The notes beneath the pieces are model-generated. The model ran no database searches. It was given only the letters and a program-made list of their open reading frames with translations, and had not been told where the DNA came from. This document shows, piece by piece, positions 29,612 through 38,597 of a stretch of DNA of 64,000 bases (within the stretch, counting starts at the first letter, position 1; the number at the start of each line of letters is the position of its first letter). Origin of the DNA: a virus; IMG/VR virus record IMGVR_UViG_3300020165_002937; one strand, 5' to 3'. The position numbers were made by a program, and so were the translations under genes.

Positions 29612-30814
29612 ATGTCAAAACTATTTGTTAGAAGTGAAAATGATGGCGCCCGAAATTTATTTAAGAAGAGGACCATCTATAGATCAAACATGTACACAAT
29701 GTCTCAGGCCTACCCAAACATAGTAGATTTCAATCTCGGCGAAAAGTTCTTTTATGGTCGAACTAGTCAGTATTTTGAGCCAATTATATACCGTCAACGG
29801 TTTTCAAAATTAAGCATAATTAATTCTTTGGCTGATACTCCGACAAGGAGCCCCAAAGTCATTGATTTTGTTGCGGATGTGTTTAACCAGATGTTTGTAC
29901 AGTTCAGAAAAGGTCAACTTACGGGTAAACTATCTGATGACAAAAGCCCGATAAGCGAGTTTAAGATATATAAAGCTTTTGAAAGCCCCGACATTTTATA
30001 CCGTGAATATGTCAATGCGCAAATGCAGACACTGATCACAGTTGCAGCTAAAGAAAAGATCGTTTTTGAAAATTTTGATCAATTTTTTGAATATTTTATG
30101 AAATCGACGAATGCCTATACTCAAAAAATTCCTTTCACTCGACCAGCTTTCATTAAAAGCAAGTACTGTCCGATAACGTGTTCTGGACTGGCCATAGAAC
30201 TTGATGACGGAGAATATACAAACGACGAAGAAAAATGGAACATGATCGTCAAAAGCCCCAATTGGTTATATTATGTAAATCTTTGTAATACTTACGGATT
30301 TATGATCGATATGAGTTACCCTATGCGAATAGTAGCCGACATCGACTCTGAAATTATGCAAGAGTCAGCAGCGAAATATGGCCTGGATTCAACCGCGGTT
30401 ATCTTAGAACAAGCTTATGTCCCGGCTCACCAAGGATACCTTGCGCAATTTAAAAATATACTGTATAATACATACGTGCGTGCAACAAGCACAAAACAAG
30501 CAATCGAGAAGGATTGCGGAAATTCGTCAATACCCGCCATCTCAAAGAGTGTTGAATACAAAAAAGAAAGGTTTGACGAAATTTACGGGGATGAATTTTT
30601 TCTAAATGCATATTTTAAAATGAGGTTCCGAGAAGAGGAGTCTCACTTTACTGACGGGCAGAAATTCCGCATAATTGATGATTGTATGGAAAACTATTTG
30701 ATCAACGGTTTAGATAAGTCAATGGCAGATTTTGAAAGAATCTTAAACAAAACATTTGACTATCGTGGCTCAGTCAGCTATATTATGATGCAGCGGCGCA
30801 TTCAAGACAAGTAG
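29612..30814 (+). CDS. Hypothetical protein
   Basis: 400-aa ORF, AAGGAG SD. Confidence 0.75.
   Translation: MSKLFVRSENDGARNLFKKRTIYRSNMYTMSQAYPNIVDFNLGEKFFYGRTSQYFEPIIYRQRFSKLSIINSLADTPTRSPKVIDFVADVFNQMFVQFRKGQLTGKLSDDKSPISEFKIYKAFESPDILYREYVNAQMQTLITVAAKEKIVFENFDQFFEYFMKSTNAYTQKIPFTRPAFIKSKYCPITCSGLAIELDDGEYTNDEEKWNMIVKSPNWLYYVNLCNTYGFMIDMSYPMRIVADIDSEIMQESAAKYGLDSTAVILEQAYVPAHQGYLAQFKNILYNTYVRATSTKQAIEKDCGNSSIPAISKSVEYKKERFDEIYGDEFFLNAYFKMRFREEESHFTDGQKFRIIDDCMENYLINGLDKSMADFERILNKTFDYRGSVSYIMMQRRIQDK
30756..30784 (+). promoter_or_regulatory. sigma70-type promoter TTGACT-17-TATATT
   Basis: Consensus spacing, upstream of the mini-PolA gene. Confidence 0.6.
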
Positions 30815-30830
30815 CGCCCCAAGGTGCATT

Positions 30831-32021
30831 TTGTATTTTCAAACATTAGACGACAAAAAAGAGTGTGTTGGGGTTTATAGCAACGGCCACCTGAACTTTG
30901 ATGAAGTCCCGTCAGGGTTGACTAAGACATGGAAATATACTGGTTCTATCGACAAAGACGATATAGAGTACGCATGGCTCTTGTGTGGGGGTAAAGAATT
31001 AAGTGAAGTGTGTCCGCGGGATTTATCAGATCAACTGCTTTCGTCTCAAAAGAAATTTAATGCATTCATGAAAGCTTTTAGGACTGCCAACGTCGATCTG
31101 CGCCAAAATTGTATTTTTGATTTAGTGCCTTATGACTTCTTAAAAGAATTTTGCGAAATTAAGAATAGAATAACCGAACATGTATTTGAAAATTATAGTC
31201 AGCCAACAAATTATGAATTTTTAAAGGATGCATACAAACTCATACACAAAATAAGATATCAAGACTTAAATGTTGATGTTTCTGGCTGTCGCGATCTTTT
31301 CTTAAACAGCCAAGACTCCAGGAAGGTTAGCTCTATATTGAATGGAAGCAGGTTTATCGATTATAATTTGTTTGGTACCGCAACTGGCCGTTTATCTACC
31401 AAGCGCGGCTCATTCCCAATATTGACCATGAAAAAGAAATTTAGAAAATTGGTAAAACCTAAGAACGATTGGTTTATCTCCCTAGATTATAATAGTGCTG
31501 AAGTTAGAACTCTCCTAGCGCTCTCCGAAAGACCACAGCCGGAAATCGACATACATGACTGGCACTGTGAAACAGTGTTCAAACACGTGCCCGAACTCAC
31601 ACGCCAAAAAGCCAAAACTATGTTTTTTGCGTGGCTCTACAACCCTGCTTCTAAAAAAGCTAATATAGATTTCTATGATCGCGAAAAATTATTGAAAGAT
31701 TACTATAAAGATGGTATAATATCAACTCCACTTGGGAGGGACATTCGCGTGGTAAAAAATAAGGCTTTTAACTACCTAATTCAAAGCACAACAGCTGATT
31801 TAGTTATCGACAGAGCAATTCAGATTGACAAGGCATTAGAGGGCAAGCAGTCATTTATATCACACATAATTCATGATGAGATCGTTATTGATTTTAGTGA
31901 TAAAGAGCGTTATTTGTTGAAAGATATTAAAAATTTATTTGCCAACAATACACTTGATGAATATGTAGTCAACATTAAGGCTGGTCAAAATTATTATGAG
32001 CTTAAGGACATGAATATATGA
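30831..32021 (+). CDS. Minimal family A DNA polymerase domain
   Basis: TATGRLS, DYNSAEVR (motif A), RQKAK (B), NYLIQSTTAD, IHDEI (C). Confidence 0.85.
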   Translation: MYFQTLDDKKECVGVYSNGHLNFDEVPSGLTKTWKYTGSIDKDDIEYAWLLCGGKELSEVCPRDLSDQLLSSQKKFNAFMKAFRTANVDLRQNCIFDLVPYDFLKEFCEIKNRITEHVFENYSQPTNYEFLKDAYKLIHKIRYQDLNVDVSGCRDLFLNSQDSRKVSSILNGSRFIDYNLFGTATGRLSTKRGSFPILTMKKKFRKLVKPKNDWFISLDYNSAEVRTLLALSERPQPEIDIHDWHCETVFKHVPELTRQKAKTMFFAWLYNPASKKANIDFYDREKLLKDYYKDGIISTPLGRDIRVVKNKAFNYLIQSTTADLVIDRAIQIDKALEGKQSFISHIIHDEIVIDFSDKERYLLKDIKNLFANNTLDEYVVNIKAGQNYYELKDMNI

Positions 32022-32875
32022 TATCGATTGTGGGTATTGGCAACGGCGCCTCAGCCATCGCAGAAAAATTTGCTTCTAACTCAAGTAACTATAATGCGTA
32101 TTCGTTGAACACCAAAGTGGCGAAAAGGACCAAATACAAGTTCAAACTAAAGACCTTCAGTACGCCAGAGGAATATGAAAAAAACATTCCTGATGTTAAA
32201 AAATTCTTTAAAGAGATCGATGAGCATGTGCAGGTGTTCGTGCTTGGGTCTTCGTATAGTTCAAATTACACTCTTGGCATTTTAGAGCAAATAAAGCACA
32301 AAAAGCTGGACGTGTTCTATATTCAGCCTGACATAGAGTTAATTTCGGGCATTCCAAAATTAGTAGAACAAGCTTGTTTTGGTGTATTGCAGGAATATGC
32401 GCGCTCCGGGTTGCTAAACTCACTCACTCTTATATCAAATTGCAAAATGGAAGATGCGTTAGTAAACGTGCCCGTTAAGAGTTACTTTGATGTAATTAAT
32501 AGCTCCGTGTTCTCTACCGTGCATTACCTTAATTACTTTAATCACGCTGAACCCGAAATTGGAAATGTGTCTAAGCCAAACAAAATTAATCGGCTCAGAA
32601 CCATTGGATTATTGAACATGGAGAATTTTCAAGAAAAGTGGTTATTTGACCTTGACACGCCTCGTGAACTATGTTATTATCTTTGTATAAATAAAGAAAA
32701 ATTAGAAACAGAAGGCGGGCTTCATAGAAAAATCGTTGATCTCTTAAAAAAGAAACCAACGAATGCATATTGCAAATTGTCGTATGCGATTTATGAAACT
32801 GAACATAAAAGAGACTTTGGGTTTTGCGTTGCCCACACTAACGTAATTCAATCAAAAAAACCCTTGACAAGCTAG
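32018..32875 (+). CDS. Divergent tubulin/FtsZ-like protein
   Basis: IVGIGNGASAIAEKF N-terminal loop, YIQPD, LTLISN; signature GGGTGSG degenerate (GSSYSSN). Confidence 0.6.
   Translation: MISIVGIGNGASAIAEKFASNSSNYNAYSLNTKVAKRTKYKFKLKTFSTPEEYEKNIPDVKKFFKEIDEHVQVFVLGSSYSSNYTLGILEQIKHKKLDVFYIQPDIELISGIPKLVEQACFGVLQEYARSGLLNSLTLISNCKMEDALVNVPVKSYFDVINSSVFSTVHYLNYFNHAEPEIGNVSKPNKINRLRTIGLLNMENFQEKWLFDLDTPRELCYYLCINKEKLETEGGLHRKIVDLLKKKPTNAYCKLSYAIYETEHKRDFGFCVAHTNVIQSKKPLTS
32652..32680 (+). promoter_or_regulatory. sigma70-type promoter TTGACA-17-TATTAT inside the tubulin gene
   Basis: Consensus -35, TGn extended -10. Confidence 0.5.
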
Positions 32876-32892
32876 AGCAAGGGTGATACATT
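32864..32892 (+). promoter_or_regulatory. sigma70-type promoter TTGACA-17-TACATT for gp32
   Basis: Consensus -35, TGn extended -10; 5' hairpin atgctgag/ctcagtat follows. Confidence 0.65.
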
Positions 32893-32947
32893 AGATGCTG
32901 AGGAACGCTCAGTATACTTTACAACAACAAAACAAGGAGAAAAACTA

Positions 32948-33724
32948 ATGTCAATCAATATGGAACTAATGCGGCGAAAGCTTGCAACACTACGAGGCGA
33001 AGGAGGAGATAACAGAGACTCAATCTGGTTCAAGCCAGATGAGGGTGATACTGATATCCGCATCGTACCTACATCGGACGGAGATCCGCTGAAGGAAATG
33101 TTCTTCCACTATAATGTTGGGGATCACAAGGGTGGCATCATGTGTCCAAAGAGAAACTTTGGAGAATCGTGTCCGGTATGTGAATTTGCTTCCCAACTAT
33201 GGCGAGAAGGGGTAGATAACAATGACGAAGAAAGCAAGAAGCTTGCGAAGTCACTGTTCGTTCGAACCCGCTATTTCTCACCAGTCGTTGTCCGCGGCCG
33301 CGAAGACGAAGGAATCAAGGTCTATGGTTATGGCAAGCAAGCTTATGAGCTGCTTCTTGGCTACATTCTTGACCCTGAGTACGGTGACATCACCGATTCG
33401 CTAGAGGGTACCGACATCACGCTTACTTACACTAGGCCCACACACCGTGGTGCATTTCCACAAACAAACTTAAAGATGCGTCGTAATACATCTAACTTGC
33501 TAGAGGATAAGGAAGCAATCCCCGCCCTCCTTGAGCGTATGCCAGAATTTGGCTCGCTATTTGAACGCCTTAGCCCCGCGCAAGTAGACGAAATCTTGGA
33601 TGGCCAGCTTTCCAGCGACAAGACCGCTGAAAGCCGATCATCCACACTAACTAAGCGCTTTGGTCCCGCTGACGGTAAGAAGAGCGAAGTAGACCGAGCT
33701 TTTGATGAACTAGTAGCTGGTTAG
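32948..33724 (+). CDS. gp32: Single-stranded DNA-binding protein (T4 gp32-like)
   Basis: IRIVP, H...CP....CPVC Zn motif, YGYGK, YGDITD..EG.D, acidic tail VDRAFDEL. Confidence 0.85.
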   Translation: MSINMELMRRKLATLRGEGGDNRDSIWFKPDEGDTDIRIVPTSDGDPLKEMFFHYNVGDHKGGIMCPKRNFGESCPVCEFASQLWREGVDNNDEESKKLAKSLFVRTRYFSPVVVRGREDEGIKVYGYGKQAYELLLGYILDPEYGDITDSLEGTDITLTYTRPTHRGAFPQTNLKMRRNTSNLLEDKEAIPALLERMPEFGSLFERLSPAQVDEILDGQLSSDKTAESRSSTLTKRFGPADGKKSEVDRAFDELVAG

Positions 33725-33739
33725 TGAAGTTTGTGGCCA

Positions 33740-33771
33740 CCGATAGCAGAGCGGGTTTAAATACTCTGCTA
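33740..33771 (+). repeat. Pseudoknot-like intergenic element, copy 1
   Basis: CCG-a-TAGCAGAG-CGG-gtttaaata-CTCTGCTA. Confidence 0.65.
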
Positions 33772-33802
33772 CCTTTTATAAATATACCAAAGAGGATAAA
33801 AT

Positions 33803-34351
33803 ATGGATAAGAAAAGAAGAATATTACTGTCTACGTTAATAAAGACGCTAGAATTTCACCAAATGGACATCGACGAGATGGGTGAATTTTTTGTAGAATT
33901 TGAAGACAGCAAGATGGTTGATCAATTTTTTGGAAAGTTGAGCGCCAAGAAGACAGAGACAAACGAACACGAACAGAACATAATTGTTGTGCGTCTCAAA
34001 GATGCCTGCTCCGTAATTGGTGGCGTTTCGGGCCTCCACTTACATCGCAACAATGTGCCCGGCATTGAGTGCAATAAAGATGGAAAGGTTACGATCGACA
34101 TGTCGACCGACTGGATTAAGAAGTTTAAAATTACAGAAGAAGATTTCCGCAATGGAACTAAGAAGCTACTTCGCACTGGCCCAGCCCAAAAGATTTTAGA
34201 GTTATCTTCTAACAGCTTTGTTAGAAACAGTTACTTCAAAGAAAGAGCAGTTAAATTTGGAAAGCTCTGGGTAGTGGATGCCGAAGCCGTTCAAGAATAT
34301 AATGGCAGCAGAGGTCAGCCACACATAGCTCTAGTGAAAGAAGAATCATAA
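33803..34351 (+). CDS. Hypothetical protein
   Basis: 182-aa ORF, AGAGGA SD. Confidence 0.75.
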   Translation: MDKKRRILLSTLIKTLEFHQMDIDEMGEFFVEFEDSKMVDQFFGKLSAKKTETNEHEQNIIVVRLKDACSVIGGVSGLHLHRNNVPGIECNKDGKVTIDMSTDWIKKFKITEEDFRNGTKKLLRTGPAQKILELSSNSFVRNSYFKERAVKFGKLWVVDAEAVQEYNGSRGQPHIALVKEES

Positions 34352-34354
34352 AAT

Positions 34355-34382
34355 GCCGCTAGCAGGCCGGAAATAGCCTGCT
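34355..34382 (+). repeat. Pseudoknot-like intergenic element, copy 2
   Basis: gCCG-ct-AGCAGGC-CGG-aaata-GCCTGCT. Confidence 0.7.
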
Positions 34383-34410
34383 TTTATTTTAACTAAATAG
34401 GAGAATCAAT

Positions 34411-34665
34411 ATGTTAGAATGGATTAAGTCCGCATGGGCTAAATGGAAAGTGCAAGTTAGTGTCGCCGGCGGAGTTCTGGTTGTCGCAACTGCTTATGGC
34501 ACTTGTTCGGTTGACCCAGCAGCTGTTTCAGATGCATCATCGACCACAAATGAGACAGTCGAAATCGGCGATGCCGTACAAGTGTCAGCGACAACAGCTG
34601 AGACGGAAACAGCACCCGACAATGTTGACGCTACAAATTCAGAAACCAAAACTGAAACTGAGTAG
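34411..34665 (+). CDS. Small membrane-anchored/possible lipoprotein with acidic Thr-rich tail
   Basis: AGGAG SD; hydrophobic stretch ending AYGTC. Confidence 0.65.
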   Translation: MLEWIKSAWAKWKVQVSVAGGVLVVATAYGTCSVDPAAVSDASSTTNETVEIGDAVQVSATTAETETAPDNVDATNSETKTETE

Positions 34666-34673
34666 CAATATAT

Positions 34674-34702
34674 GCCGCTGGCAGACCGGTAAAAAGTCTG
34701 CC
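34674..34702 (+). repeat. Pseudoknot-like intergenic element, copy 3
   Basis: GCCG-ct-GGCAGAC-CGGT-aaaaa-GTCTGCC; 29 nt identical to copy 4. Confidence 0.8.
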
Positions 34703-34720
34703 CTATTTTAAGGAGAGAAA

Positions 34721-34831
34721 ATGAGACTCGTTCTACCAGTCCTTGCCGTGACCCTATTGTTGGCTTGCGGGGAAAAGGATGAAGACACAGCGGCAGACAC
34801 CGCTAGCTCTACTGACACAGCAGCAGAGTAA
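34721..34831 (+). CDS. 36-aa lipoprotein MRLVLPVLAVTLLLACGEKDEDTAADTASSTDTAAE (not in ORF track)
   Basis: AAGGAG SD, signal peptide with LLAC lipobox. Confidence 0.75.
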   Translation: MRLVLPVLAVTLLLACGEKDEDTAADTASSTDTAAE

Positions 34832-34836
34832 AAACA

Positions 34837-34865
34837 GCCGCTGGCAGACCGGTAAAAAGTCTGCC
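34837..34865 (+). repeat. Pseudoknot-like intergenic element, copy 4
   Basis: Exact 29-nt repeat of copy 3, upstream of uvsX. Confidence 0.8.
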
Positions 34866-34885
34866 GCCATTTTTATAAGGAGAGC

Positions 34886-36037
34886 ATGATGGCAAAAGCA
34901 AAAACAAAATCAACGGCCGGCCGCGTACCGATGCAAGATTTAATGAAACTAGTTAACAAGAAGGCCGGCCGCAACGTTGCCCATGACTTGACTGGCGAAA
35001 ACCCAACCGCGGTCAAAGAATGGATCCCAACCGGCTCACGCTGGCTTGATTCCATCATATGCAAGGGGCAGCTAGCTGGAATTCCAGTTGGTAAAGTTTC
35101 AGAGATCGCAGGTCTTGAGGCCACAGGCAAATCATATATGGCTGCCCAAGTTGCCGCAAACGCTCAGAAAATGGGCAAGGTTATCGTTTACTTCGATTCT
35201 GAGTCAGCTATCGACCCAGTATTCTTAGCGCAGGCAGGGTGCGACCTAGAGCGATTAATGTATATTCAGGCATCTTCTGTAGAGTTTGTTTTGGAGACTA
35301 TTGAAGAATTACTCGGCGCAACAGATGAACAGCTGGTATTTATTTGGGATTCGCTAGCTTTGACGCCCTCGATATCCGATGTTGAGGGGGACTTTAATCC
35401 TCAATCTTCGATGGCAGTGAAAGCACGCATTTTGGCCAAAGGCATGTCAAAGCTTGTAATACCAATCGCAGACAGTCAAGCGACACTGATAGTTTTAAAT
35501 CAGCTTAAGACAAACATTCCCCAGGGGCCGATGGCAAGACAGATCGCGATGACAACGCCGTATATCACACCTGGCGGAAAAGCAATGCACTATTCTTATT
35601 CGTTACGCATCTGGCTGACTGGACGAAAAGCAAAATCTGCTTTTATTGAAGACGAGAAAGGCTTTCGTATTGGCTCTGAAGTGAAGGTAAAACTAGAGAA
35701 ATCTCGTTTTGGCACACAAGGCAGATCCTGCGCCTTCCGCATTCTGTGGGGCAACGAGGTAGGTATCCGAGATGAAGAATCGTGGTTTGACGCGATTAAA
35801 GGCTCCTCCTCGCTTACGAGTGCCGGCGCTTGGTACACACTAAAGACGGAAGATGGTTACGAAAAGAAATTCCAGCCATCGAAATGGACCGATATCATCT
35901 CTCAGGACGAAGAATTCAGAAGTAGAGTGATCCAGATCATGGATGAAGAAATAGTTAGCAAGTTTGATAAACGACAGGGTGACGCAAAGAATTTTTATGA
36001 AGACCCAGGGGATTTAACCGTCCCACTTAATGGCTAA
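34886..36037 (+). CDS. uvsX: RecA/UvsX recombinase
   Basis: IPTGS..LD, GLEATGKS Walker A, DSESA, WDSLA, TPGGKA. Confidence 0.92.
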   Translation: MMAKAKTKSTAGRVPMQDLMKLVNKKAGRNVAHDLTGENPTAVKEWIPTGSRWLDSIICKGQLAGIPVGKVSEIAGLEATGKSYMAAQVAANAQKMGKVIVYFDSESAIDPVFLAQAGCDLERLMYIQASSVEFVLETIEELLGATDEQLVFIWDSLALTPSISDVEGDFNPQSSMAVKARILAKGMSKLVIPIADSQATLIVLNQLKTNIPQGPMARQIAMTTPYITPGGKAMHYSYSLRIWLTGRKAKSAFIEDEKGFRIGSEVKVKLEKSRFGTQGRSCAFRILWGNEVGIRDEESWFDAIKGSSSLTSAGAWYTLKTEDGYEKKFQPSKWTDIISQDEEFRSRVIQIMDEEIVSKFDKRQGDAKNFYEDPGDLTVPLNG

Positions 36038-36044
36038 AAAATAG

Positions 36045-36073
36045 TTGACAAGCAAGTCCCCATCCATTATATT
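36045..36073 (+). promoter_or_regulatory. sigma70-type promoter TTGACA-17-TATATT
   Basis: Consensus; -10 sits in the loop of a terminator hairpin. Confidence 0.7.
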
Positions 36074-36095
36074 ATATGCTGGATGGGGATTTTTT
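36057..36095 (+). terminator. Terminator after uvsX
   Basis: tccccatcca/tggatgggga 10-bp stem plus T-tract. Confidence 0.65.
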
Positions 36096-36136
36096 ATTGG
36101 TGCATACCTGCACCGCCTGTTCGCATATAAGGAGTT

Positions 36137-37135
36137 ATGAAAATGAGCAAAACAAAAAGAGTATTAATCGTTGATGCGCTAAACGCGTACTTGAGGGCGT
36201 ATATCGTAGATCCCTCGATTTCATTAAACGGAGATCCAATTGGCGGCCTCAAAGGGTTCATTAAGATCCTGCAGAAATTAGTAAGAGAAAGCAACCCTAA
36301 CGAAATTGTTGTAGTTTGGGATGGTCCAAATGGTTCTCGGAAAAGAAAGTCAATCGATAAATCCTACAAAGAAGGCCGCAAGCCCATTAGGCTTAATCGA
36401 GCATTCCACAATCTTACTGATGAACAAGAACTGATCAATAAGATGTGGCAGCAAAGTAGGATCATCGAGTTCTTGAATAACATGCCGGTTATCCAGTTTA
36501 TGATACCGGAGATTGAAGCTGATGATGTGATCGCTTATCTGACCATGCTTCCGAAATATGATGGGTGGCAAAAGATTATAGTATCTAATGATAAAGACTT
36601 TATGCAAGTTTGCGATGACGAGACAATACTTTTGCGTCCCGTAAAGAATGAGATAATGAACAAAGACAGAGTGATAGAGACAACCGGAGTTCATCCTACA
36701 AACATGGCTCTAGCCCGCTCAATCATTGGCGATAGTTCAGATAACTTGCCAGGGATCAAGGGAGTTGGATTTGGGACTGTAGCCAAACGCTTTGCCTTCC
36801 TCTCAGAAGAAAAAACGTACACGGTAGACGAAATCATCGATCATTGCGAAAAATCCCTAGAAAATAGTAAGTTAAAGATTTATAATAATATAATCGAGGG
36901 CAAATCAATTATTGAGCATAACTATAAAATGATGCAACTTTACAGTCCAATGATTTCAGTTCAGAGCAAAACCATGATCCGAGAATCTATAAACAATTTT
37001 GATTGTGAATTTAATAAAACAGCGATTATAAAAATGATGATCGAAGACAACTTTGGTGAATTAAATTGGGAAGATCTGCGTGCTAACTTAAACAGAATTA
37101 ACAGAGAGTGTGTTGACGGAGCAAACCAAACTTAA
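36137..37135 (+). CDS. 5'-3' exonuclease/flap endonuclease (PolI N-terminal, T4 RNase H family)
   Basis: LIVDALN, WDG, YKEGR, EADDVIA, SNDKDF, GDSSDNLPGIKGVG. Confidence 0.92.
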   Translation: MKMSKTKRVLIVDALNAYLRAYIVDPSISLNGDPIGGLKGFIKILQKLVRESNPNEIVVVWDGPNGSRKRKSIDKSYKEGRKPIRLNRAFHNLTDEQELINKMWQQSRIIEFLNNMPVIQFMIPEIEADDVIAYLTMLPKYDGWQKIIVSNDKDFMQVCDDETILLRPVKNEIMNKDRVIETTGVHPTNMALARSIIGDSSDNLPGIKGVGFGTVAKRFAFLSEEKTYTVDEIIDHCEKSLENSKLKIYNNIIEGKSIIEHNYKMMQLYSPMISVQSKTMIRESINNFDCEFNKTAIIKMMIEDNFGELNWEDLRANLNRINRECVDGANQT

Positions 37136-37146
37136 TGTTTTTTGAC

Positions 37147-37174
37147 TTGACTTTACACGTGAATATGCTATACT
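37147..37174 (+). promoter_or_regulatory. sigma70-type promoter TTGACT-16-TATACT (extended -10)
   Basis: TGc-TATACT upstream of helicase. Confidence 0.55.
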
Positions 37175-37198
37175 TAGTAATACTAAAAGAGGGCGCTG

Positions 37199-38581
37199 AT
37201 GCTAGCTGAAAAAGCTAATTTCGGAAAGTATGGAAAAGCTTTCCAAGAGGGACTCGTACAACTCATTTTCCAAGACCGACCATTTGCAGATCAGATAACT
37301 GAGGTGTTAGATGTTGGCTTTCTTGAACTTGAATATTTACAGGTTGTGCTTCAAAAGATCTTAGATTACCGAACTCGTTATCAGGTACACCCGTCCGTAT
37401 CTGCTTTCGACACGATAATTAATACCGAGATGGATTCAGAAGAACAGATAATCCAAACGCAGGTGAGGGATTATTTCGATAAAATTCATGCCAGTGAACC
37501 CACTGATGTCAAATATATCAAAGAGACCTCTTTGGACTTTTGTAGGAAGCAAAATCTGAAAGAAGCGATGTTAAAGTCCGTAGGGCTGCTGCAGAACTGT
37601 AGTTTTGATGAAATCTCGACGGTCATCAACGAGGCTCTGAAACTAGGTTCCAATACCGATTTTGGGTATGATTATTTAGCAGATTTTGAAACTCGATTTA
37701 TACCAAGATTCCGCGGCCCAGTCACCACCGGTTGGAACGATATTGATGCGCTTATGGGTGGCGGTTTAGGAAAGAGTGAGCTTGGCGTGGTGGTAGCCCC
37801 CACAGGCGCCGGCAAATCAATGGTGTTGGTCCACTTAGGTGCTGCAGCTATTCAAGAAGGCAAAACCGTAGTCCACTATACCCTTGAGTTGCAAGACACG
37901 GTGATCGCTACTCGCTATGATAGTTGTATTACCGGCCTCCCACTTTCAGATCTAATAGGCTTCAAAGAAGAGATTTACGAAAAAGTTAAAGAAGTTGAAG
38001 GAAAGTTAATAGTTAAAGAATACCCAACGAAATCTGCTTCCACGAACACAATAAAAAATCATCTGTCGAGGCTGTTGAAGCGAGGCATCAAGCCCGGCCT
38101 TATAATTGTAGATTACGCAGATCTATTAAAGCCGGTTGTTGTTCGCAAAGAAAAGCGTAACGAGTTAGAGTCGATCTATGAAGAGTTGCGAGGCTTATCA
38201 ACCGAGTTTGAATGCCCCATCTGGACGGCTTCGCAGACAAACCGATCTGGCCTGAATGCAGAAGTGATCACGATGGAGCAAATTTCCGAAGCTTTTAATA
38301 AATGCTTTGTGGCTGACTTTATTATGTCAGTATCGAGAACAATTGAAGACAAACAAAAGAACGAAGGTAAAATATTTATTGCCAAAAATAGAAATGGGCC
38401 AGATGGAATGGTTCACAATATATTTATGGATACATCCAATGTGTGTATTAAGATTTTACCCAAGATAAACAATAGTATGACAAACAGCTTAACAATTCCG
38501 TTAAATCCGGTTACATTAGAGACTAAGACTCAACGAGAATTGTTAAACAACAAATATAAAAATTTTAGAAATAGAAAATAA
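37199..38581 (+). CDS. gp41: Replicative DNA helicase (gp41/DnaB family)
   Basis: APTGAGKS, YTLEL, IVKEYPT, VDYADL, WTASQTNR, KNRNG. Confidence 0.92.
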   Translation: MLAEKANFGKYGKAFQEGLVQLIFQDRPFADQITEVLDVGFLELEYLQVVLQKILDYRTRYQVHPSVSAFDTIINTEMDSEEQIIQTQVRDYFDKIHASEPTDVKYIKETSLDFCRKQNLKEAMLKSVGLLQNCSFDEISTVINEALKLGSNTDFGYDYLADFETRFIPRFRGPVTTGWNDIDALMGGGLGKSELGVVVAPTGAGKSMVLVHLGAAAIQEGKTVVHYTLELQDTVIATRYDSCITGLPLSDLIGFKEEIYEKVKEVEGKLIVKEYPTKSASTNTIKNHLSRLLKRGIKPGLIIVDYADLLKPVVVRKEKRNELESIYEELRGLSTEFECPIWTASQTNRSGLNAEVITMEQISEAFNKCFVADFIMSVSRTIEDKQKNEGKIFIAKNRNGPDGMVHNIFMDTSNVCIKILPKINNSMTNSLTIPLNPVTLETKTQRELLNNKYKNFRNRK

Positions 38582-38597
38582 AGGAACTTAAATTATT

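Noticed and set aside
32860-32884. Inverted repeat overlapping the -35 (also at 42631-42653; TTG-N11-CAA)
   Set aside because: Only two of about eight promoters show it and the arms are short, so chance is plausible.
33740-34865. CRISPR array or HDV/theta ribozyme reading of the repeats
   Set aside because: Spacers are whole genes of unequal length; the elements are too short and lack the nested P1.1/P3/P4 layout.
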